A stretch of DNA of 64,000 nucleotides, taken from the NCBI GenBank assembly GCA_028023455.1, contig JAQFVV010000009.1, forward strand, positions 3,968,001 to 4,032,000, written 5' to 3'. This DNA comes from Epiperipatus broadwayi (lineage: Eukaryota; Animalia; Onychophora). Within the stretch, counting starts at the first letter, position 1. Every line of letters begins with the position of its first letter. This document shows positions 53,871 through 64,000 of this stretch, piece by piece. Under the pieces are notes generated by a model. The model was not told where the DNA came from. It did not search any database and was given only the letters and a program-made list of their open reading frames with translations. The position numbers and the translations under genes were made by a program.

Positions 53871-56800
53871 TATTAGTTTAATAACTTTTCCAATTTGTAT
53901 TAAAGAGCAATATAATTATTAACTAATATTTTGTGAGATGATTGCATGAAGGACAGTTGAAAATGATATATGTATTGAATTAGATTAAAAGATAATTAAT
54001 TTTGTAAATGTGGAATTAAAATTTAAAAAAAAATCCTCATTGGATGTAATTATTATTTTTTTATAGTGTTCACAACAATTTTGTAAATAGAGGAATCAAT
54101 TAGTTAACAATATTAAGCACAATATTTAATAACTTTATATAGTTAAACATATAAACTGGTAGTTTAAGTCCACTACTGTACATTGTTGAAAACATATTTT
54201 CAAAACAGCAGTTATTTTGAGAAGCAGCTGCCTAATGCTACTTAAGTTTCCTGTGGAACATAACAGTCAATAAACATGGTTAAATGATAGAAATTATATG
54301 TGAAGAAAGTGAAAAAGATTTATTAAACAATAATGGGAAAATTAGAAACAACTGTATGAAATCACAGATCAATGGTAAAAAAATACATGGTTATAAAAAT
54401 TACAGATTTAGATTATGCATTAGTAAAATAAAAAAATTCTATGATCAATTGTTAGAAAGCCAAGTAACATTCTAGTAACAAACTAAGCACAATAATTTCA
54501 GACCACATAACATTTTAATTTTATTCAATTAAATATTGACTTATCAGCTTTTGGCTTTAGTCAACTACAGAGCTGAATTGGCTAGTGTAAAATTGTTTCA
54601 AACACTAATAAAAATGAAAACTTTCATATTGGTCAAGTAAAAAAGCAGTATATGTATCTTATTGCCACTACTACATTTGTAAATATAAACTTAAAGTTAT
54701 TTGAAAGATTAAAAAAAAAAAAACTATTATAAATTAAGATTTTTTAAAACTACTATATCAATATAATAAAACTTGGCTTCTTTTAGTTAAATGATCGATC
54801 ATGCATATATACTTCAATAAATAAAATATTTATGACAATTTATATAAAAGCTTACATATTTTAATATTTCCTCATTATCTGAAACATATTCAGTTCATTC
54901 ATATATATATACATGTTATTTTCTTACAGGTTGAAATATGTGAAAACAATAAAAGCAATTCTAACATATCTTACATTATTTCTTTGCTCTTAAGCACATT
55001 GACTGTGTTGTCTTAACCTAATTGTTCTCATATTTACTATAATATAGGCTTTAATGGATTCAGATGCTTACAATTGTTATAAAATATTTAAGGTGGATAT
55101 ATATATATTTAAAATATTAAAGTTAAGCTAGTCAATATAATAAACTAAGTATATCAACTCATAATTGATCACTAGACAGAATTACTTGAAAAATCTGTCT
55201 TGGCAGAGAAATTAATTTTAGCTGAAAATTGGTATTCTTGGCTTATGTACACATTTGGATTTTAAAATGCATGTAGCTGCAATCTCATGTTATATCAGTA
55301 AAAGCTTGAGAACTCTTTCTACAAGAAACATTTTGGCAATCATCCCCCTATTTTCAATATTAGTTTTAAGTGACTATAATAATAATAAGCAACTTTTATC
55401 TGGGGGAGGGGAGATATATTTTGAAGCAAGATGTATTATTTAAAATTAAGAGGTTATAAATTGTTATTGGGATGACAAGAAATGGTAAACTACCACTGCC
55501 AATAATTAAAAGCTACTATTTATTAATTTCAGTCTGCTGTCAACTGAATTTTATATATGTGTATTCTAAATTATACTAGAAATATGTAATTATTTATTCA
55601 AAGATAGCAAATAATTATACACTTCTATGTATGAGAATATTATCAAAAGTCCACTGACATATTAAAGATCATAATGAGGTAACAATCATGTTAGTGGAAT
55701 TTAATTGAAGTGATAATGTACAAATAAAACGCTTATAATTGTAAATTATATTGCTAAAGATTATATTTCCAATTGTACTGAATAATTCTAAATACATATA
55801 AAAGAATATTCTTTTTAGTAATGAAAATAAATATTTGGTTTAACATGCTAATTCAAAAATGTAGATATTTTTCAAGATGTCTTTTTTTTTTTTAATAGTT
55901 ACGTTTTATAATAATAAACTACAATAACGCATTTCCACATTGAGCAAATGGTCATTATTTATATATAGCATAAATTTTGAGCAATATTTTTTGGAAGAAA
56001 AATAAAGTTTATTGTATAACCTGCATAAAATATAGTATACAATAGTAATTTTCTTAAAAGAAATCTACGGTCTCTATAAAAGCTGATGTATTTATATATC
56101 ATAATAAAGATCAAAAATTTATATATTATCTACGTACACACATGCAAGACTTTAAAAACTTTTTGCTAGGAATTAAATTTATAAGTTGTTTTTCCTCAAA
56201 AAATAAATAATAGCAATATTATTCATACTTTTTTTTTAAAATATAGTATTAAGTTATTCGCAGTTCTCTTTTGAATATTGATTAACATTTCATTGCTATA
56301 GAAATCATTAGAAAGCCTTTTCTGTGTCTAAATGAAGATCTCAATTCTAATCGGGTTGCTCGCGACAAAGTTGATCTACAAGAAGGCGGAGCAATGTTTT
56401 AGGTTTCGCAAACTCAATTAGATAGACATAGAAAAGAGATTTTCATTTTCAGCACGTGTTTTGCTGGGGAGCTCAATATTTGAAAGGTGCATGCGCGAAT
56501 ATATCTGCAACACAGTGTTTATTTTTAATAAAAATACGTGGCATATTTCCAATATAAAAAAAAACAAAGGTAAAAAAAAAAAAAGAGATGCAAGCTTTTC
56601 AAAATAGAATTTAGAACTTTTTTTTAAATGAGGGAAGAATTGGAAAAAAACAAAAACAAAAAAAGCACGATTATATAACAGAATTGGAAAATTTTTCGAA
56701 ATATATCATCTATAAGATTTCTTTTTGGCTATACAAACATATTTATATTACATACACTCAAATAATGTGAACAATGTACAATTTTATACTTATATATATA

Positions 56801-56960
56801 TATAAACAAAGGAAATAAATTATATTAGCGATATGCCAAATTTTATATGTTGGTCTTGACAAGGCAACGTACAATATGTCAGCGCACAACTAATAATAAT
56901 AGCTAATGCTCCCCAAGTAAACATTTTTTTTTAAAAAAAAAAAAAGACTATAAATATTTA

Positions 56961-56966
56961 ACTTAC
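56961..56966 (-). promoter_or_regulatory. 5' splice donor (CAAG|GTAAGT)
   Basis: Perfect consensus donor exactly where channel homology ends (RKEFQ, phase 1). Confidence 0.9.
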
Positions 56967-58257
56967 CTTGGAATTCCTTACGAGCTGCACTGACGTTTGT
57001 AACAATATTAGCCACCTGGCCAAGTACGGTGGCAAAAAGAAGTAACCCGAAAACTAATTCCACAATAACAAATATGTACTCATGGTTAGTACGGGGTCGG
57101 GGCAAATCACCTATATTTGTTAATGCTAACGTACTCCAATAAAAGGAGTGTAAATAATCCCGAACTACATCCTTAGATCTTTCGTTTTCGCTTGGCCACT
57201 TGTTGCTTTCAAACTTCTGAGAACATTTAAAATATATACAGGCATTCCAATGGAAAATAACCATCAAGTAATGGACCATAGATAACGATCGAAAAATATT
57301 AGGATAATTAGTATGTCGCTCAGTTCTATCCAAAAATGTCCAAAACCGATAAATTTTAACAAGCCTGAAACATCTAAGAAATGAATTATATCCAATGGAT
57401 AGATAAAGGAAGTCCAGCGGGAGGAGGCACAAGCAATCGATGTAAAACATAGTAGAGTTAATATAATGCTGGCGCAGTTTAACGGCGTCTGTTTGCAAAA
57501 CACCGTCCTCTAAATAGCCGGTGCGGAAGTGAAAGGCGATATCCAGTATATAAAGTAAATCCGCTAAGTAATCAAGAGTAAACCAAGGTAATATAGTTTC
57601 AGTGGATATTTCTTGTAAAGCAAACCTATAAACAATGACCCACAAATTGTAAAGGAAGGCAACACTAACTACCATTGACCAGTAATAACTTAGTCTCCCC
57701 GAGGGATCAAAAACAAATGTCCATTTACAGCCACTCTTATCAGTATTAGAATTTGAATTTTCATATTTTTCAAATTTTGTTTTTATTTCTTTGCGGCGCG
57801 CTTCTCTTACTTTGCGAGTAATTTCAAGATCAGAGTTGCCGCTTGTTTTGTGAATAAAAGCTACCGATTCTTTGGAGAAATGACGCTTTCTCTCCCCAAA
57901 GTGCAGCTTATTGCTCACTATCTCCAGTAAGCTTTGTTTGGACGTTGATTTTCCTTTGATATCATTTGTTTTTCCGGAATAAATAGGAGACGCTAAATTG
58001 ATTTTATTACCGCTAGAACTTAATCTTTGTCCAATGAGACGGGTTCGATCCGAATACGCGACACCTGGAATAATTCGTGGGCCATTAGCTGTGACTGTAC
58101 CGCCCTCCATCTTGACCGATTGCGGATCACTGACCACAGCAATCTCTTCAAGCTCTTCATCTGCATCATGATCTTTAGCACACGGCGTATACTTGACAGC
58201 TGCTTTGCCAGTATCACCTAAATGCCGCCGTGTCAAACCACTCGCCATTTTTTTCAT
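56967..58257 (-). CDS. Cyclic-nucleotide-gated cation channel alpha-type subunit, first coding exon (N-terminus, S1-S6, pore, start of C-linker); resembles the arthropod CG42260-type subfamily
   Basis: Open 430-codon exon with FVFDPSG..YYWSMVVS, FRTGYLEDG, RxFRLxKIYR (S4), ERHTNYPN, FHWNAC, YWSTLALTNIGDLPRP (pore), FATVLGQVANIVTNVSAARKEFQ. The last ~25 aa of the track ORF are intron read-through. Confidence 0.95.
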
Positions 58258-58266
58258 GATGTCCGA

Positions 58267-58335
58267 TCAGGACCGAGTGCGTCGGGCGAAGCCCGCTCGC
58301 ACCCACAACAAACAGAGACTCTCAGCCGCAGCCAT
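58267..58335 (-). other. 22-codon upstream ORF, in frame with the CNG start
   Basis: aaaacATGG context; MAAAESLCLLWVRAGFARRTRS-TGA, then 9 nt to the main ATG. Confidence 0.5.
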
Positions 58336-58372
58336 GTTTTAACAACGACGTAATAATCTCGCACAAAACGCA

Positions 58373-58420
58373 ACTGATATGAAAAGAGAAGAGAGAATGT
58401 TAACCTGTAAGAAAATCAAG
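58373..58420 (-). promoter_or_regulatory. Two candidate 3' splice acceptors upstream of the CNG coding exon
   Basis: ttttcttacAG|g (exon start 58404) and tctcttctcttttcatatcAG|t (exon start 58373). Confidence 0.5.
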
Positions 58421-59046
58421 CTAAACATCGTCAGTTTCGCCAATCAATATGCACATTTAGATTGGCATTGTATCAACATTTTTACTGATGGACAACTTAA
58501 TGAAAACTACTACCGCAGAATTCTAATAAAAGCGCGGGCGCTCTTAGTTTCAATCGTGTGTTCATTTTTTATTACGGTTCTTATTGTTATATAGAAGAAA
58601 AAAAAGATTAATTTAAGACCAGAGATGCTGGCCTACAATCTCTATAAGTTAATTTCATAATAAAATATGAGCGCTTCAAAGATACAGTTTTCTACTAACA
58701 AAGAAGTTTCTTTTGTTCATTTGCTTACGCGAAAGAGAAAAAAAACATTATCAGATGTTACCCATATCTTCAATTTAAAAGTATTAATAAAAATATATTC
58801 ATATTCTTAAAAAAAAAACAGACATTTATATAATGATATAGCATACATTTAGTCATATTTACAGAAGATGGAAGAGTTTATTATTATGAAGGTATTAAGT
58901 GATTTAATAGTGAGGGGAAAAAAAACCAAGGTTTTTTATTATTTATTAATTATCTTTACATTAGAAGAAAATTCATCGAAAATAAAAATTTATTTTATTA
59001 AAAATATGAAATATAATTTGTACAATGTTATTTTACAAAACTGAGT

Positions 59047-59145
59047 TCACAAATAGCTGCCGGATGGTCCAAGAGACGAACTTTTGATTTTGCGGTGGGT
59101 GACAGGAGTGCAGGGAGGTAGACTTCCTACCGGAGAGAGTTGTTC
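59047..59145 (-). other. Candidate exon (terminal coding exon of an upstream gene, or a 5' exon of the CNG gene)
   Basis: Strong T-rich tract plus ctAG acceptor at 59147-59146; GC/CpG-rich; phase-0 frame reads EQLSPVGSLPPCTPVTHRKIKSSSLGPSGSYL*. Confidence 0.4.
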
Positions 59146-59779
59146 CTAGAAAAAAAAAACAAAAAAAAAAAACAAATTTTATTACATATCCAAGCTTAAG
59201 TAAGAGCACACATAAATATAAAACATACAAGTGAATGTCTAGTGAAAAGCAATTTCTATTTTTTTAGTCATTTAGACGAATGGGTGCTACCATTGTTATT
59301 AGTGTATATATGAATGTATTTATATATCTTGGGGCAACATTATAAATATTATTATTATTATTTTCATTTCATTTTTATAAATTTTAATTATTATTATATA
59401 TATTTTACAGAAAGATTCCATATTCCTTTAAACCTATTTTTTTCTTTCTTTAAAATATAAATCCCTTTATTTCTGCGTCTTATTTTTTCATTCCATAGCA
59501 TTGAATGCGCCTTTCAAAATATCGTTATTACTATGAACTTCCCACACTTTTTAATTTTTTTTCTATGCCTTTTTTCTCCTGAACATTTACTCTCTCTTTT
59601 TTTTTTTTCTTTGACAGCAGAAACCTGTATCTTGTTATAAGTTAATCTTATTTATCCATCTTTTTTTTAAAAATCATGCTAACATCCCAAATCTTTCAAT
59701 GATTTTGATTAATCAGGATTCAGATCCAAGCACTACTATATATATATATAATTTACTAAGTTAACTTATCTTATGTTTA

Positions 59780-60330
59780 GTCATTCTAATTTCGAACTCT
59801 TGTATCGTTTACCAAAGTTACATATTTAAATGCATTCATTTCTCAATATTATTATACAGTATTTAATTTAATTTTTATGACTTATCATCCACCTTCAATA
59901 AAAGCTATTTTTTTTCATTCTTACAGAAACTATTATGGATAGTCATTACTTTCACCTCAATAACTTGAGAAAATCATTGAAAAGATGCCTATATACCATT
60001 AACTGATAGAAAATTCTTTTGATTCCTCTCTGAGGTTTTAAAGGGATTGACAAGGGCAAAATCTTAATATCCACTTTCAACATTCTTGTCATTGCAATTA
60101 TTACCATACAACTAACTGATTATATGATAAAAGAATATAGAAGAACCGCTTATCAATATTTATTAACCTGCATAATGAATTTACTGACTTTTATCAATAA
60201 AATAAACACAATGGTTTTAACTCCAAAGACCTTTATAGTTTCCAAGTAAGACATTGATCAGCTTTTCTCGAAGGCAAAATGAGTGGTTGCAATGGGTAAA
60301 TGCATGCCATAACATGAAAACAAACTTCTT
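59780..60330 (-). mobile_element. Possible decayed LINE RT fragment
   Basis: Minus-strand FEKAD, RGIKR..SIS, DD and YxxLG-like words occur in RT order; weak. Confidence 0.3.
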
Positions 60331-60869
60331 TATTTCCATAAACAAACAAAAATAAAATATGGCATTTGTATTTCAAAATCTGTAAAGTCATTAGCCTATG
60401 CAGTATTTGGCTACCAAAAGCATAGAATGCTAAGAATGAAATGACAAACCAATGCTGCTATTTGATGGTGACTCTATTTGGCTATCTATTTCTGTGGATC
60501 ATTTTCAAGAAAAGTTTGTATGAACTGAATGAAAAAGTATCAAATATTAATTAGAATATTTTTAAACATTGTGAAATTAGAAAAAAGAGAATTAATTAAA
60601 AAGACAATCATAGCTTAATATGCATAAGTCACAAATAATGGAAACACAAGTGAAATAAAATCATTAAAACAGGCAAAACTTGCTATACGTATTGCCACAC
60701 ACAGCAAGCTAGAGTAATCAATCGTGATCATGTGAAATAAAATCCATTATAAATACAAGATGAATGTACAACATTATGAAGATTGATGATACATCAGATA
60801 AAAAAACATTATTTAATTTGATATATATCAAATGCAAATAATATAGATTTAGGGCCCCTACAAGTTTTC

Positions 60870-62200
60870 ATTGTGATGAAAAAGAGATGAGATTTGAAAA
60901 ACAGATGAAAGTGTTGTGGGTAATCTAGATAAGAGGAAAGAAATGAGATAGGAATTTGTGGAAAACCTATATATTAAGAACTTTTTTTCTGAGAAAATTC
61001 AAAGCCAAACTGCAAATGAAATATCTAAATAAAAGCACTGCACAGTTGGATTATATTTTGACTAATAAAAAATAAGTATTTCAAGATGATAACAAAAACT
61101 ATTTTTAAACAACCAGTATCAACAATTGATATCTCTAGCCATTAAAAACACTTAAATAAATTTATAAACTAAAAGTTTCAAAATATTTTAAAACATAAAT
61201 AAAAAGACCTTAAAGATTGCTCAGAAATTTGAATGAAATAAAAAAATGACAAATATTCTATTAAGCATTGCTACACAAGTAGCAAGAAGAAATAAGGTAG
61301 CAATTCACCAGTAAACTCTCAACTGAAACAATATTAAAATATTTTTAAAAAACATCCATTTAAAAAAAACTGAATACCTGAAATTCTAGTAAATTATGGA
61401 AAATTATTTAATTTTTTCAGATAATACCTCAGAGCTTCAGGAAATGTTACAAGAGCTATAAGATGAAAAAAGAAAATAGATCTAAGGATAATTGCCAAAA
61501 AAATTAATGTTATGTTTAATAGCTTTATTTTTAAAAAAATAGTAAAGATTGATAAAAATGAATTGGAATAATTTAATAACAATGAATATCTTGATTAGAT
61601 TATTAATTAAAATGAAGACATAATTGATAAAAATGTATGAAATGCTTATGATAAAAAAAAACCCTGTATGTTTTAAGAACTTTTAATAAGTTCTTATTTA
61701 AATAAATCATTTTTTATAGCGCGATGTTTGTAAACTGTAATATTTAACACAGCATTACGCTGTTGCACATGTGCAACAGCGTAATGCTGTGTTAAATATT
61801 AAGTTCTTATTTATAGATGTGACTTGGACACAGTAATAGAAGAGAAATACAAAGACACCAAATCAAATAGCAAGATATAAAGATATCTGTGGAGACATAT
61901 AAGGAAAAACTGAAAACAAAATATATGTAAGAGAAAACAAGTATCATTGAAATCATTGTTAGAATTAAAAGACAAATAGAAGTGGATTATACATGTAGCT
62001 AGAAAAGATGACAATAGAAGTATAACATTCAATCCCAAACAGATTACAAATAACTTAGATATAGACAATATGTAAAATAGATGAATGAGATGAAAAAGTT
62101 TATTGGAATGATGTGAAGAAAAAAAAACCCTATAGATTGAAGAAATTAGATTAAACATGGAGATCTTTATCCTGGAATGTTTTGATAGTGGTTGAAAATC
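60870..62200 (+). mobile_element. Internally deleted, decayed RTE LINE
   Basis: 60870-61400 is colinear with 34270-34900 (cagttggattatattttgactaa); 61810-62200 is colinear with the RTE 3' end (acttggaca, catgtagctagaaaagatgacaataga, ggagatctttatcctg). Confidence 0.75.
61738..61801. repeat. Perfect 64-bp palindrome without spacer
   Basis: taatatttaacacagcattacgctgttgcaca|tgtgcaacagcgtaatgctgtgttaaatatta; all 32 pairs are complementary. Confidence 0.97.
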
Positions 62201-64000
62201 CATAGCCATCTTGAATACTATCATATAATGATAAAAATTAAAAAAAGATGCATGAGGGTGTAAAAAATTTCTCTCTTAAATAAATAATAATGATTAGCAT
62301 TTCTAATATACTAACTTGTTTTCTTTCAAATCCTAATCTCCTTTCTATTTTTTTTTTCTCTTACATTTTTATGAAATAAGTCTAACACTCATCCATATAT
62401 GATTATAAAGATCCATCAATATTTTTAATTTCTTTTGTGAAATAATGTCTTTAAAAGATCACAGTTCACAAAGATGAGTAATGACTCTAAAAGGAAAAAA
62501 GAGTGTACAATAAAGACCAAGAAAGATAAAGAAATCAAATGATGTGAATTATTGCAAATAAATGTCAGTAGCGATCTCTGTTCCCAAATGATGGACTACA
62601 AAATTTTGTTCTCTTAAAAGAAATTTACTTTAAATCTTTCCAATTCAAATTGTGTTAACCACAAAAATAAACAAATTGTTGCAAAAAATTAAATACTTTT
62701 ATGGGAAATCTCAACTGAGTATTCATATTTCATTACTATATGATTTAATATCAGGACTTTTGGATAATTAAAAAGTTGGATCTATACTGCAAAAACAAAA
62801 ACTAAAACAAATAATAGGTTTAAGGATTACCTGATATACACTGGACAGATTTTAAAAATTTAATAGTTATGAAATGATTCAAAATAAGATGGGGTTGTTT
62901 TTATTAGATGAAAATGCAATAGATGCATTAGTAGAATATAAAACTTCAATGTAAGAATGATGGCAGCCAAATACTTTTTTTAAAAAATTAATATAATTAT
63001 AATCCAAATATCTTTTTATATGCAGATTAATAAAACAATTTTAGTTAAGAAATTGAAATTAATACAAATTAATATGTCTTGAAAAGATATCTTTGAAGAA
63101 GACTTTAAAACTAAAAATGATAATGGAGAATAGTAATATATTATGACCAAATATTTTCATATCTTACTTTAGAATACACGATGACCTATAAAATTACATT
63201 AAAAGATGCCATATGAAAAATATTACAGAAAATGAGCAGTGTGCCAATTTTAAACATTCTACAAGGCAGACATAGATTCAAGTCATAATATAGTAATTGC
63301 AAATATCAGGTTTACCCTTAAAAAATTAAAAAAAGGTCATTTCCAGAAATAAAACGTTCTAATTAAGAAAGTAGTGGCAGAAAGAATGAAAATTCATCAA
63401 TTACAATTATGATTACAAAAATAAATTTAGATTTATGAGTGAAATATCTCAATAACGTTTTTAAAAATATCTTCTATTAAAGCTGTGACAAAAAAAAAAT
63501 TAATGGAAAAAATTAGATCCCATAATTCAGAAAATGAGATAGTTATAACACTTAGGTGATTCCATTTGCTACACTTGTACACAATACACCCTTAAATTAG
63601 TGCTACATAAATAAAACAAGAAAAAGTTCATACTTTTATCTTTATTTTGTAGAGTTTGATTTGTATATGACATACTTTTCCACAACCAATTCCTATTCCT
63701 TTGAAAAGTCCAAATTATACAAAATATCTTCTTTTTTTTTTGTATATCTTTCTTTTTATTTTAAAAAAGGTTAAGATTTCAAAATATTTTTAAATTATTT
63801 TTTGTTTCAGCAGAAACTTTTATATATATATATACACACCCACCCACCCATGCACAATATGTTCCAGTGAAAAGATGACTGATTCTCTCTATGAGCTTCT
63901 TGCAATGCCATCTTTGAATCAACAGATTATAAAGTGACATACTTTAGCTATTCACTACAAAATTTTTTTTAAAAGCTAATGTGTCTGGATTGTGAATTAT

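Larger units (their letters stand above)
56300..59150. promoter_or_regulatory. CpG-retaining island over the CNG exon and its flanks
   Basis: CG dinucleotides are visibly frequent here and rare in the surrounding repeat DNA; not quantified. Confidence 0.55.

Noticed and set aside
56330-56420. Possible second CNG exon in the CpG-rich intron start
   Set aside because: The phase-1 continuation reads DQLCREQPD* with no C-linker similarity.
56890-56966. C-terminal 25 residues of the 455-aa track ORF
   Set aside because: Intron read-through past the GTAAGT donor (low-complexity FFFLKK).
58372-58378. Initiator element ATCAGTT for the CNG gene
   Set aside because: The same bases form a splice acceptor after a long pyrimidine tract, and the DPE-like word is misplaced; cannot be called a promoter.

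Overview
AT-rich eukaryotic (metazoan, probably protostome/arthropod-like) DNA that is CpG-depleted outside a few islands. The only clear host coding sequence is one 1.29-kb minus-strand exon (58257->56967) of a cyclic-nucleotide-gated (CNG) channel alpha-type subunit, covering the N-terminus, S1-S6, the pore and the start of the C-linker. It ends at a GTAAGT donor and I found no downstream exon, so positions 1-56966 are probably one very large intron. That interval holds mostly decayed mobile DNA: a nested Ty3/Gypsy LTR element, a CR1/L2-like LINE, RTE LINEs, a Tigger/pogo transposase, a tRNA-derived SINE, a Penelope-like element (PLE; RT + GIY-YIG) and microsatellites. The most interesting signal is a set of small non-coding repeats carrying minimal type-I hammerhead ribozyme (HHR) motifs with palindromic helix III, in at least three unrelated sequence families. 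They occur as ~360-420-nt tandem or terminally redundant units (retrozyme-like) and as divergent inverted pairs (foldbacks), and a decayed HHR lies just downstream of the PLE ORF. A separate 391-bp, highly structured, terminally redundant insertion with an 8-bp target-site duplication (15670-16060) has the same architecture but no ribozyme core I can recognise. Coordinates of decayed elements and percent identities were read by eye and are approximate.
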